In this document: positions 1 to 9,830 of the stretch, one piece after another
How positions within the stretch are numbered: position 1 is the stretch's first letter
How the letters are laid out: each line of letters opens with the position of its first letter
NCBI GenBank assembly: GCA_042408215.1
Contig: JAYFMW010000006.1
Location: 1,018,659-1,082,658 of the forward strand
Direction of reading: 5' to 3'
Length of the DNA: 64,000 bases
Source of the DNA: Microcoleus sp.
GTDB taxonomy: Bacteria > Cyanobacteriota > Cyanobacteriia > Cyanobacteriales > Microcoleaceae
Program-made: the position numbers and the translations under genes
Notes under the pieces: generated by a model
What the model was told of the DNA's origin: nothing
Seen by the model: the letters and a program-made list of their open reading frames with translations, nothing else
Databases searched by the model: none

Positions 1-1627
1 TTATATTAAACGTTCGGAAATTACAGCATTTGCTCTCAAAGAAGAAGGACAGGAAGTTGACTGGGAATTTGCTGAGCGCTCTTTAACCAGAAAAAAAATT
101 CGGCTGGGTATCCTGGCTTCACATTTCACGCCAGCAGCGGAAACCTTTGCCTCACTGCCTGTGTATGAGTATATCAGTCGAGATTTTGAAGTTATTTTGT
201 ATTCCTTAATTAGCAATGGGCATCCCCTAGAGGAATATTGTCAAAGCTGCGCTAATTCGTTTAAGCTGCTGCCTAAAAATTTAAATGAACAGGTCAAATT
301 AATTCGGGAAGACGACCTAGACATATTGTTTATTGCCACAAATGTGACAGCAGTCACTAACCAAATATATCTACTAGCACTGCACCGAATGGCAAGAATT
401 CAAGTAACCAGTGTTGCCTCAGTAGTAACCACAGGAATACGGAATATAGATTATTATATTTCTGGTAAATTGACCGAATCGTTTGAAAATGCAGAACAGC
501 ACTACCAGGAGGAATTATTAAAACTTGATGGTTCTGCACATTGCTTTAGTTATGGAAACGATCAAAATCTAGCTAGTACAAAAGTAAATCGGGAAAGCAT
601 CGGTATAGCAGAAGACGCAGTAGTTTTTATCTCAGGAGCTAACCTGTTTAAAATTATTCCAGAGTTGCGTAATACTTGGGCCAAAATAGTAGCTGCTGTC
701 CCGAACTCAGTGTTAGTTCTTTATCCGTTTGGGCCAAACTGGTCCAATTCTTATCCCAAGCAAGTCTTTATAGAGAGTCTAAATGCAGCCTTTTTACAGC
801 ACGGTGCAGATCCAGATAGTTTGCTGATATTAGACCCTACACCTGTACCAAACCGATATGATATCAAAGAATACCTGAAGCTGGCAGATATATATCTTGA
901 TTCCCATCCCTTTTCAGGAACAACATCTGTGATTGACCCCTTGGAAGTTGGTCTACCTATAGTAGCAAGACAAGGAGCTTGCTTCCGCTCTGCAATGGGT
1001 GCAGCACTTCTACAACAACTAGGCATACCAGATTTAGTTGCCGAAAGTGAAGAGTCTTACATCGAATTAGCGATCGCCCTCGGAACTCACCCTGAATTTA
1101 GCCACCAAAAGAGTGCTCAGATTAAGCAAAAAATGCAGGGAAATCCGGGATTTCTAGACAGCCGCTCTTACTCCGCTGAAATCGGCAGGCTGTTCCAAGA
1201 AATTTTCAGAAAATACCAGTCAAATGCTCTGACTACAAGACTAAATTTGAGAGATATAAATCTGATTATTTTTCCAGACTGGAGTCAGCCAGAAGAATTA
1301 CTGTTACCAGGTTTAGCCAGTGCGATCGCAGCGGTCGCAGTTCATCCAGATAAGAGCCAGATAACTCTACTTGTAGACAACAGCAATATTTCTGATGAAG
1401 ATGCTAATCTAGCTTTATCTAGTGTTGCCATGAATCTTCTTATGGAAGAAGATTTAGACGTTTCTGGTGGTCCTGAAATTGCACTCATCGGAGAGTTTAG
1501 CAAAATCCAGTGGGAAGCTCTAATGCCTCGCCTTCACGCTAGAATCGTCTTGGAAAATGAGAACAGAGAGGCGATCGCTCAAGCTAAGGCAGAAAATCTT
1601 GCCCTATGGCAAATAGACAGTTTGTAG
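1..1627 (+). CDS. GT41/SPINDLY-like O-linked glycosyltransferase, 5'-truncated by window edge
   Basis: Frame is open from position 2 (…KKIRLGILASHF…). Has GT41 catalytic-type motifs (DIYLDSHPFSGTTSVIDPLEVGLPIV) and a C-terminal extension (NLIIFPDWSQPEE). Confidence 0.85.
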   Translation, partial: YIKRSEITAFALKEEGQEVDWEFAERSLTRKKIRLGILASHFTPAAETFASLPVYEYISRDFEVILYSLISNGHPLEEYCQSCANSFKLLPKNLNEQVKLIREDDLDILFIATNVTAVTNQIYLLALHRMARIQVTSVASVVTTGIRNIDYYISGKLTESFENAEQHYQEELLKLDGSAHCFSYGNDQNLASTKVNRESIGIAEDAVVFISGANLFKIIPELRNTWAKIVAAVPNSVLVLYPFGPNWSNSYPKQVFIESLNAAFLQHGADPDSLLILDPTPVPNRYDIKEYLKLADIYLDSHPFSGTTSVIDPLEVGLPIVARQGACFRSAMGAALLQQLGIPDLVAESEESYIELAIALGTHPEFSHQKSAQIKQKMQGNPGFLDSRSYSAEIGRLFQEIFRKYQSNALTTRLNLRDINLIIFPDWSQPEELLLPGLASAIAAVAVHPDKSQITLLVDNSNISDEDANLALSSVAMNLLMEEDLDVSGGPEIALIGEFSKIQWEALMPRLHARIVLENENREAIAQAKAENLALWQIDSL

Positions 1628-1684
1628 GCAATGAAGAGCTGAGAAACTTAGAGAACGAACTCAATACCTACGTTTTTGAAAAAT

Positions 1685-4600
1685 ATGGATGATCAAAGAT
1701 TTTTCGAGCAACTCCCTAGCTTGTATGAAAACTGGGAACAAGGTTTAGCCTTTCCCAAGTCGGATCGGTTTCAGAAAATCCTGAATCAAGTGACAGGTAT
1801 GACAACAGCAAATGTTATGCAGTTGCTCAATTTTGCGGTGGAATGCCTGGAACCTAATGAGGTTTACTGTGAAGTGGGATGCTTCCAAGGTGCAAGTTTA
1901 ATTGCAGCCCTTCTGGATCATCCAGAGCGCATGGCTTATGCAGTGGATAACTTTTCGGAATTTGATACTTTTGGGGATAGTTTTGAAAAATTGACGGAAA
2001 ATTTATCAAGTTTCAATTTGTCAGATCAAGTCTTTTTTTGTAATCAAGAGTTTGAAGAGTTTTTCTCTGATCTGGGTGGACTTGAGACAGAAGATAAAAT
2101 TGGTTTTTATTTTTATGATGGCTCCCACGACTACCGATCGCATTTAATGGGATTACTTTTGGTAAGACCTTTCCTGGCTGAGCGAGCGATTATTCTTGTC
2201 AGCAATAGCAATTGGTCAGCCCCGCAACAAGCTAACTACGATTTCCTCGCTGCTCATCCTCAATGCCAGTTACTTTTAGATAAGGCGGACGGCGATGATG
2301 ATAATTATAAAATTTGGAACGGCGTGCAACTTTTTGTTTGGGATGGGACTAGAAAGCATCGAGAAGATGGGGAAACTTTCGGAGCAAGACGAAATAAAGA
2401 AGTCATTGCATCCTTAAATAAGCTGCAAGAAGCAGAGCGCAAAAAACAGATAGATACTCTCCATAACGAAGCCGTAGAATTGCATTGTTCTGGTGCAATA
2501 ACACCGATAAATAAGGGTAAGCTTGTCAATACAGAGAATGAAGAATCATTTTTATCATTGTCAAACGAAAATCTGAAAAAAGCAGAGAAAAAATACCAAG
2601 AAGTTTTGCGACTGGAACCAGGAAATGCAGATGCTTGGCTCCATTTGGGTACGCTTTATTACATGAAAGAGCAATATCAAGATGCACTATTGTTACTGAT
2701 CAAGTCTATAGAGATTGACCCGTTAAAAACTATCAGGCATTACAATTTGGGTGTGGTGCTAGAAGCTGTTGGCGATCGCTCGCAAGCTATTCGAGCTTAT
2801 CAAGAGGCGATTAAACTCGATCCTCAGAATATCCAAGCTTATAACAATTTAGGTAATATCCTTGCACAAGCGGGTGAAATCGAGCAAGCTGAATCAGTTT
2901 ATCGTCAGGCGATCGCAGCTAATCCAGAACACTTTGGTGGCTATCTGAATTTGGGCAACATTCTGATGTTGCGGCAGCAAATTGATCGGGCGATCGCAGC
3001 CTATGAAACAGCCCTTAGACTCCAGCCACGCTATCCTGACATTCTCAATAATCTAGGGCTAGCATTTGAAGCTAAAAATGATAAAGCCCAAGCTTCTTCC
3101 TACTTAGGATATGCTTTTTATCGACAGAATAAACATGAAATAGCGATTAATTACTTTCAAAAGTTTCTCGAAATTCAAACTGGAGATAGAGATTTTTATA
3201 TAGCCTTGGCTGACTGCTATCAATTAACGAATCAATATGATGAAGCTTTGAAAGTGTATGAAGATAGCATCAGTTTATACCCGCAGGACGAGAACCTTTA
3301 CTTTTCATGGATATTAACCTTGCAAAAGGCTGGGCGAACCCAGGAAGCGATCGCAGTGGCTAGCAAGGCCTCACAACTGCTCCCAAATGCTTTACAACTG
3401 AAGCGAGAAGCAGAACTCCTACTGCCTGTAATTTATGAATACCCAGAAGAAATTAAGTTTTATAGGCAACGATTTACTCAGGGATTGCAGAATTTTAGTC
3501 AGGAAATCTCCTTAGACACTGCTGACATGAAAAAGAATTCTTTCAGGGGAATCAGTTGCTATCAAAACTTTCTACTTCAATACCAAGGTAGTAACGACTT
3601 AGAGTTACAAAAACAGTACGGAGAGTTAGTTCATAGAATCATGGCTGCTAACTATCCCCACTGGGTATTGCCCCGCCCAATGCCTACCCTCAACCCAACA
3701 GAGAAAATTCGGATTGGTTATGTTTCTCATGGTATGCGCGGAAATGGGGTAGGCAAACTTTTGCTTGGCTGGCTTCGCAACTGCGATCGCCAGCAATTTG
3801 ATGTGTATTGCTATCACATTAATCCCGAACAGGACGCCCTAACTGAAAAATTTCGAGTTTATAGCGACGTTTTTCATCAGATTGGAAACGATCTAGAAGG
3901 CGTTTGTCAACAAATTGTCTCAGACAAATTGCACCTCCTGGTTTTTGTAGAAATTGGGATGCACCCGCAGATGATACAAATGGCAGCATTGCGACTTGCA
4001 CCCATCCAATGTGCGAGCTGGTTACATCCAGTTACGTCGGGTCTGCCAACGATAGATTACTTCCTATCTAGTGAGGCAATGGAACCAGAGAATGCTGCGG
4101 AACATTACTCTGAACAACTAATCCGCTTGCCTAAGTTAGGAATGTCTTGTACTAAACCAATCATTCCTACACAGACAAAAAAAAGAGCGGATTTTCAACT
4201 GCGCGATGACGCGGTAGTGTATCTATCCTGTCAAACTCTGTCTAAGTATCTCCCGCAGTATGATTATATCTACCCAGAAATTGCTCAAAAAGTACCTCAA
4301 TCTCAGTTTGTCTTCGTAGCTCACCAAAGCCCCCTGATTACTGAGAAATTACAGCAACGTCTTAAACAAGCTTTTGCTAAGTATGGCTTGAAAAATGAAG
4401 ACTACTGCATCATTTTACCCAGGCAAACTGTCATTAGTTACTGGCAACTTAATCTACTTGCAGATATTTTCCTAGACACCTTTAGTTGGTCGGGAGGCAT
4501 TACTACCCTCGAAGCGATCGCTTGTAATTTGCCCATCGTCACCTGTCCTGGGGAATTGATGCGCGGTCGTCAATCCTGTGGGATGCTAAACATACTAGGT

Positions 4601-5380
4601 CTAACAGATACGATTGCCCAAGATGAGGCAGAGTATATTGACATCGCTGTAAAATTGGGATTAGATGCGGAATGGCGACGGACTCTCTCGCAGCAAATGA
4701 GCGATCGCCATGCTAATCTCTACGAAGACGTAACCTGTGTCAAAGCGCTTGAGCAGTTCTACCGACAGGTTGTGGAAGACAAGCTAATAACTGATGCCAA
4801 AACACCGCCGCTATTGTCAACAGCTAAGAAAAAAGTTCTCCATGTTGGCTGCGGGCCTTATTCCAGATCGGGCTTGCATGAGACTTTCAAAACTGATGAA
4901 TGGCAGGAAGTGCGGCTTGATATTGACCCAAATGTAAAGCCAGATATTATAAGCTCTATTACAGATATGAGTCCTGTGCCCAGCCAGTCGGTTGATGCAA
5001 TCTGGTCATCCCATAATATTGAGCATATCTATCCACACGAAGTGCCGATCGCCTTAGCTGAATTTTACCGCGTACTGAAGCCTGGTGGATTTGTTTTAAT
5101 CACCTTGCCAGATATCCAGAAAGTAGCAGAGTATGTAGCTCAAGGGAACTTAGAGGAGCCTATCTACCTTTCTCCTGCTGGCCCAATTGCTGCAATTGAT
5201 ATTCTCTATGGTTTGGGTACAGATCTCGCCAAAGGTAAATACTACATGGCACATCGCACAGGTTTCACCCAGGAAAGCCTCGCTCAGAAAATGCAGCAAG
5301 TTGGTTTCCATCCCGTTGAAGTCCGCAGTGAAAACCTCAATCTTTGGGCAACAGCTTATAAGAATAAGCCTATTGAATGA
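1685..5380 (+). CDS. Multidomain protein: class I SAM methyltransferase + TPR repeats + GT41 glycosyltransferase + second SAM methyltransferase
   Basis: N-terminal YCEVGCFQG / FYDGSHDY; multiple TPRs (AYNNLGNIL); GT41 motifs (RIGYVS, RLAPIQC, DIFLDTFSWSGGITTLEA); C-terminal VLHVGCG … EFYRVLKPGG. Start ATG 1685 or TTG 1676. Confidence 0.85.
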   Translation: MDDQRFFEQLPSLYENWEQGLAFPKSDRFQKILNQVTGMTTANVMQLLNFAVECLEPNEVYCEVGCFQGASLIAALLDHPERMAYAVDNFSEFDTFGDSFEKLTENLSSFNLSDQVFFCNQEFEEFFSDLGGLETEDKIGFYFYDGSHDYRSHLMGLLLVRPFLAERAIILVSNSNWSAPQQANYDFLAAHPQCQLLLDKADGDDDNYKIWNGVQLFVWDGTRKHREDGETFGARRNKEVIASLNKLQEAERKKQIDTLHNEAVELHCSGAITPINKGKLVNTENEESFLSLSNENLKKAEKKYQEVLRLEPGNADAWLHLGTLYYMKEQYQDALLLLIKSIEIDPLKTIRHYNLGVVLEAVGDRSQAIRAYQEAIKLDPQNIQAYNNLGNILAQAGEIEQAESVYRQAIAANPEHFGGYLNLGNILMLRQQIDRAIAAYETALRLQPRYPDILNNLGLAFEAKNDKAQASSYLGYAFYRQNKHEIAINYFQKFLEIQTGDRDFYIALADCYQLTNQYDEALKVYEDSISLYPQDENLYFSWILTLQKAGRTQEAIAVASKASQLLPNALQLKREAELLLPVIYEYPEEIKFYRQRFTQGLQNFSQEISLDTADMKKNSFRGISCYQNFLLQYQGSNDLELQKQYGELVHRIMAANYPHWVLPRPMPTLNPTEKIRIGYVSHGMRGNGVGKLLLGWLRNCDRQQFDVYCYHINPEQDALTEKFRVYSDVFHQIGNDLEGVCQQIVSDKLHLLVFVEIGMHPQMIQMAALRLAPIQCASWLHPVTSGLPTIDYFLSSEAMEPENAAEHYSEQLIRLPKLGMSCTKPIIPTQTKKRADFQLRDDAVVYLSCQTLSKYLPQYDYIYPEIAQKVPQSQFVFVAHQSPLITEKLQQRLKQAFAKYGLKNEDYCIILPRQTVISYWQLNLLADIFLDTFSWSGGITTLEAIACNLPIVTCPGELMRGRQSCGMLNILGLTDTIAQDEAEYIDIAVKLGLDAEWRRTLSQQMSDRHANLYEDVTCVKALEQFYRQVVEDKLITDAKTPPLLSTAKKKVLHVGCGPYSRSGLHETFKTDEWQEVRLDIDPNVKPDIISSITDMSPVPSQSVDAIWSSHNIEHIYPHEVPIALAEFYRVLKPGGFVLITLPDIQKVAEYVAQGNLEEPIYLSPAGPIAAIDILYGLGTDLAKGKYYMAHRTGFTQESLAQKMQQVGFHPVEVRSENLNLWATAYKNKPIE

Positions 5381-5432
5381 CAAAATATCATTCTGTACTG
5401 TTCTTTGATTAAAAAATATAAGTGGCTTTCTG

Positions 5433-6800
5433 CTAATAATTAGCCTTAGCAGAACGCTCCCAAGTTTGTTCGTATAATTCCCGCGCGGCTGGGTGCAAAA
5501 GATCCCAATCTAAAACCCCCTTCAACACTTGCATCAACAGCTCAGAATCTACGTCAGCCGATTCCTTTGACCTCAAAATATCGATGACACCGAGAGAATA
5601 TAGCTCCTCTCCCTCATACCTTCCAAGCAACATAGACAGATCGATCAAGCGCAACAGGTTATTAATCTCTGTAGGACAAATCTCCCGCAGATGCTGCCGG
5701 ATTATCCATGTCCCTGGATAGTCGCCCAAAGCCTGTCGCCGCTTCGCTTCCACTTCTAATACCTGCATTAGTTCTGTTGTCCACAAATCAACTTGCTCCC
5801 CATTCCCTTCCGTCATCCCTAACAGCCAAGTCGTCTGAGCTTCTGCCTCTTGTCCCTGCAACAGCAATGTCAACCCCAAATGCCAGTGGAGGGACTTATT
5901 CTCCGGCTCTGCCTGAATTGCCTGCTCATATAAGTTTGCAGCTTTAGTGTAATCTCCTTGAATCAAACATTCATACCCTTGCTGGTCCAAAGTGGTAGAT
6001 TCACTCAAAGCAGTCTTTTGTAACAACTTGAGTTCTGTTAAATTTTCTATATGTGTAATTAATTCTTTTCGATAACATTTGAGGTGGATTTTCAGTTCTT
6101 CTTCTTGCTCTTGGTTGGCACAGTAGCGATTACTGGTTCTGAAGCAACCCGATTCCTTGACAAAAGCTATATCTACTTGCCATAATGCTGCGTCTAATGG
6201 GCGATAGGTAGGGTCAACAATATCGTAGATTACAAATCCATGTGATTTCATAAAATTGACTATCTCATAAATTTTTCCGAAGAGAGCTGCTTCTATAATC
6301 AAATAATCTGTAGCCTCAAGAACTTGAATAGCCCCTTCTAGCACATCTAGTTCTCTGCCATCTACATCTATTTTGATTAAGTAAGGATCTTCTAATCGGT
6401 GTTCTCTACAGATTTCATCTAGGGTAATAGCTCGTACAGTCCTTAATTCTAAATCTTCAGAATCAGCCCCCTCACAAGAGTCAGAAATTGAAGAGTGTAT
6501 TAAATTGGGATGAATTTCGAGCGTAACAACACCAGATTTCTTGCTCGCAGCAGCAATGATGTACTCTGCCCGCTCAAGAGTTTTACATAGTTGTGCGAGA
6601 TAAGGTTCGTTCTCTTGGATGGGTTCAATCAGAAAATGGCTGGATTTAGGAAAAACTTTATAAAGTTCAAATGTTCCTAATGCAGCACCCACATCAATAA
6701 CTGTTTTAGGTTCAAAGCCCAGTTGCTTTACATTAAATAATGACCAAGCCATTGAATCTCTCCGAATTATATCATCGGTCATAGCTACTTGAAGCCTCAC
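5433..6800 (-). CDS. FkbM-family methyltransferase with C-terminal TPR-like module
   Basis: VIDVGAALG and LIKIDVDGRELDVLEGA motifs. The C-terminal part resembles the N-terminus of the neighbouring GT41 protein. Confidence 0.8.
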   Translation of the reverse strand: MRLQVAMTDDIIRRDSMAWSLFNVKQLGFEPKTVIDVGAALGTFELYKVFPKSSHFLIEPIQENEPYLAQLCKTLERAEYIIAAASKKSGVVTLEIHPNLIHSSISDSCEGADSEDLELRTVRAITLDEICREHRLEDPYLIKIDVDGRELDVLEGAIQVLEATDYLIIEAALFGKIYEIVNFMKSHGFVIYDIVDPTYRPLDAALWQVDIAFVKESGCFRTSNRYCANQEQEEELKIHLKCYRKELITHIENLTELKLLQKTALSESTTLDQQGYECLIQGDYTKAANLYEQAIQAEPENKSLHWHLGLTLLLQGQEAEAQTTWLLGMTEGNGEQVDLWTTELMQVLEVEAKRRQALGDYPGTWIIRQHLREICPTEINNLLRLIDLSMLLGRYEGEELYSLGVIDILRSKESADVDSELLMQVLKGVLDWDLLHPAARELYEQTWERSAKANY

Positions 6801-6827
6801 TATTATTAGAAGTAAAGAATTGAATGG

Positions 6828-9065
6828 TTAATTACAAGAATCTAAGTATTTTTGCCACATTTGCTCATAAGCTTTCTCCATTTCACGGGTAAATTGTTTC
6901 CCATTCCACAGAGGTGCTGTTTGCCGTGACTGCCGTAATTTCCAAGCTATTTGTTGTCGCAGAGAAGAATCTTTTCCTAAACGAACTCCCCATTCCACAT
7001 ATTCTTCATCTGTCCAAGCAATTCCCTCACTCACACCTGCATTCACCATCATCGTATAGCTATTGCGACTAGAGAACTGCTGTCCTACGCGGGTTACTAT
7101 AGGAATACCCATCCACAGGGTTTCCATTGTGGTTGTAGCTCCGTTATAAGGATAAGTATCGAGTACCACATCAGCAATAGCTAGGTTGGCTCGGTGAATT
7201 TCCTCTGAAGATACCAAGGGAAGAAATCGCAAACGATCCCCAGCCACACCCTCAGATTCTGCAATCTTAATAAAAAAGTTTTGGAGGGCTTCTTGATCCG
7301 CTAAGCCTTTAACAATGAAGTAGCTATTGGGTACTGCTTGCATAATTTGCATTTGCAGCCGTACCGTATTCGGATTGTATTTATATCCTCTCTGAGCGCT
7401 CAGATATATAACAGCATCACTAGGAATATTCAAATTATCCCGACGCAGCGTTGGCACACCTACCTCAAAACCATCTACTGCTATGTAAGTTTGAGGTAAA
7501 CGCCAGATCTTTTCCGTGTAGTAATCCTGAGCGGATTCTGGTAAAACGTAAGGATCGGCAATGTAGTAATCAATTGCTGGTACTCCTGAAGCATCCCAAC
7601 CAAGCCAGGTGACTTGTACGGGTGCTGGTTTCATTGCCATAATCTCAGAAATATTATTCAGAGTCAGACTATCGAGATCGATCAAAATATCAATCTCATC
7701 TTTGTTAATCAGTTCTGCTATCCCACTACTATCTAACGCCAATTTATACGCCTTGTCAGATTGACTAATATACCATTCTTGCAAAGGGTCATCTGTCTGT
7801 TCCGAACTTAATAAATAAGTATTAATTTCAAAAACATCGCGGTTATGATACTGAAATAACCACCGGGCTAAATGCCCGACAGAATGCTTGCGGAGACAAT
7901 AGGAAATATATCCAATCTTTAAACGTTTAGTAGAACCTTTATATTTCGGATTATAAAAACGTTTTTGGCGATATCGCTCTACTTGCTCTTTCGCATATTT
8001 TTCTATATTTTTTTGACAAATTTGACCAATTTGGCTCCTAATTATTCCATTCTCTTCAGGACTATCCTGAAAGTACGGAAAGAAAAAACAAGAACTAAAT
8101 AAGCGGATTGTCGCGCTGGAGGTAAGGGATGAAGGTTGTTCTTCGTGTAAAGCAGCAAGTAGAGATTTATGACTCTCCATGACCGAACAAAACTCATCCC
8201 AATAACCACCCGCGCTCATTAAACCACGCATAATCAGATGATTCGCATAAACTTTATCCGCTAAATTATCTATGACTGAATAACATAACTTTGCAGTTTC
8301 AATTCCTTTAGAATATTCACAAATATCTTGATAAAGACAAGACAGAGTTCGTAATAATTCTGGGTCCTTTGGTTCTAAACATAATCCTAGTTCAGTAAAA
8401 CGTGTCGCTAGAACAAATTGCTTGGCTGAGTAAGCGGTAGTATAAACAAACTTTATCAAATTATCTAAAAAAGGAAGGCTTTCTTTAACATAAGGGAGAC
8501 AGGCTTCTGTGAAATTTAAAGAGGATGGGTGAAGAGGAGCCTGTTCTAAAACATTTTTCCATACTTGTAGTAATAATTCCGAATCGGTGGTGGTTCCAGC
8601 TTCAGATTTGAGCAGATCAATTACACCTAGCTCATTCAATTCATCCCCTGTATATCTGCCCAGTAAGGTGGATAAACCAATTAAATGCAACAGATTGTTA
8701 ATATCATTGGGGTTAACTTCCCTGATATGCTGCCGGATTACCCAAGCTGATGAATAATCTGCTAGCTCTAGCCGCCGTCGCTCAGCTTCAGCTTGTAGCA
8801 CCTGTATCAAATCTTCTACCGATTGTTCGATTTCTTCGCCACTCCCCTCAGGCATTGCTAACAGCCAAGTTGTTTGAGCTTCTGCTTCTTGTCCCTGCAA
8901 CAGCAAAATCAATCCTAAGTGCCAGTAGTACGACTTGACGCTAGGTTCTACAGTAATTCCTGCTTCATAGAGTTTTGCAGCTTGAAGATAATCACCAGCT
9001 CGGAAATATTGAGCAGCTTGCTCCTGCCAATCTGATGCCATAACCGACAAATTTTGGTCAACCAT
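6828..9065 (-). CDS. GT41/SPINDLY-family O-GlcNAc-transferase-like protein (ogtA-like position downstream of pilin)
   Basis: KIGYISYCLRKHSVGHL, KPAPVQVTWLG and DVVLDTYPYNGATTTMETLWMGIP motifs. Confidence 0.9.
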   Translation of the reverse strand: MVDQNLSVMASDWQEQAAQYFRAGDYLQAAKLYEAGITVEPSVKSYYWHLGLILLLQGQEAEAQTTWLLAMPEGSGEEIEQSVEDLIQVLQAEAERRRLELADYSSAWVIRQHIREVNPNDINNLLHLIGLSTLLGRYTGDELNELGVIDLLKSEAGTTTDSELLLQVWKNVLEQAPLHPSSLNFTEACLPYVKESLPFLDNLIKFVYTTAYSAKQFVLATRFTELGLCLEPKDPELLRTLSCLYQDICEYSKGIETAKLCYSVIDNLADKVYANHLIMRGLMSAGGYWDEFCSVMESHKSLLAALHEEQPSSLTSSATIRLFSSCFFFPYFQDSPEENGIIRSQIGQICQKNIEKYAKEQVERYRQKRFYNPKYKGSTKRLKIGYISYCLRKHSVGHLARWLFQYHNRDVFEINTYLLSSEQTDDPLQEWYISQSDKAYKLALDSSGIAELINKDEIDILIDLDSLTLNNISEIMAMKPAPVQVTWLGWDASGVPAIDYYIADPYVLPESAQDYYTEKIWRLPQTYIAVDGFEVGVPTLRRDNLNIPSDAVIYLSAQRGYKYNPNTVRLQMQIMQAVPNSYFIVKGLADQEALQNFFIKIAESEGVAGDRLRFLPLVSSEEIHRANLAIADVVLDTYPYNGATTTMETLWMGIPIVTRVGQQFSSRNSYTMMVNAGVSEGIAWTDEEYVEWGVRLGKDSSLRQQIAWKLRQSRQTAPLWNGKQFTREMEKAYEQMWQKYLDSCN

Positions 9066-9127
9066 AGGGTGAGCCTACATCTAAAAAATTCTCTGAGAAA
9101 TCAACCTGAGTATTACTAAATAAACCA

Positions 9128-9159
9128 AAGCGGATAGTACACAAAGGACTACCCGCTTC
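9128..9159 (-). terminator. Stem-loop between pilin and GT41 gene
   Basis: Imperfect inverted repeat AAGCGGATAGT…ACTACCCGCTT followed by a T-rich tract on the minus strand. Confidence 0.5.
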
Positions 9160-9203
9160 TTGCTTTTTCCTAACAAAGGAGTCGTAACGTTGGCACTCAG
9201 GAA

Positions 9204-9716
9204 TTACTTGGTAACTTGTGTCATGGTACCAGCACAGCCGACCGTGGCGCCATCAGCAGTACCTACTACTGCCGTACCCGTTGTGGTACTTTCGCAGAGA
9301 ATAGATTGAGTACCTTTTGCTTCTCCCGACGGAACTAAACCTACAGTTCCAGCATATCCCTTAAGAGCAGCAAGTGGTGTTGCAAGAACATGAGCTCCAT
9401 TTTCACCTGCGAGCGAGAGTGTGTATGTGAAGTTAGTGGTTGAAGTTTTCAGACCAAGACCCAAGGAAGTCATTTGATCGGTAAACTTGCTAGTTTCTGC
9501 ATAGACTGCTTGTTGAGCTTTGTTAACTGAGCTAGCGTACTGCTTACCTTCAGATTGCTTCGCTTTGTTTGCTTGGCTGAGGAAGGAAGGCAAAGCGATC
9601 GCCGACAAAATACCGATAATGATAATAACAACCAGCAGTTCAATCAGGGTGAAACCTTGATCCTGTCTTTTTTTGTTGATGTGTTGCAGGAACTTGGCTT
9701 TAAGTTCAGTCTTCAT
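9204..9716 (-). CDS. pilA: Type IV major pilin-like protein
   Basis: Prepilin cleavage/N-methylation motif QG|FTLIELLVVIIIIGILSAIALPSFL, C-terminal Cys pair, AGGAGA RBS. Confidence 0.9.
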   Translation of the reverse strand: MKTELKAKFLQHINKKRQDQGFTLIELLVVIIIIGILSAIALPSFLSQANKAKQSEGKQYASSVNKAQQAVYAETSKFTDQMTSLGLGLKTSTTNFTYTLSLAGENGAHVLATPLAALKGYAGTVGLVPSGEAKGTQSILCESTTTGTAVVGTADGATVGCAGTMTQVTK

Positions 9717-9768
9717 AAGTCTTTTCTCCTTGAGGGGTGGGATGCTCGATTTCTAACTCTTATATGTA

Positions 9769-9776
9769 ACTTACCC
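9769..9776 (-). promoter_or_regulatory. SigF-type promoter element upstream of pilA
   Basis: GGGTAAGT about 55 nt upstream of the ATG, matching the GGGTAA core described for cyanobacterial pilA promoters. Confidence 0.55.
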
Positions 9777-9830
9777 AGTTATCGGCACTTTAATATCACC
9801 CCACACTATTTTTTTTTTCAACTCCTAGCT

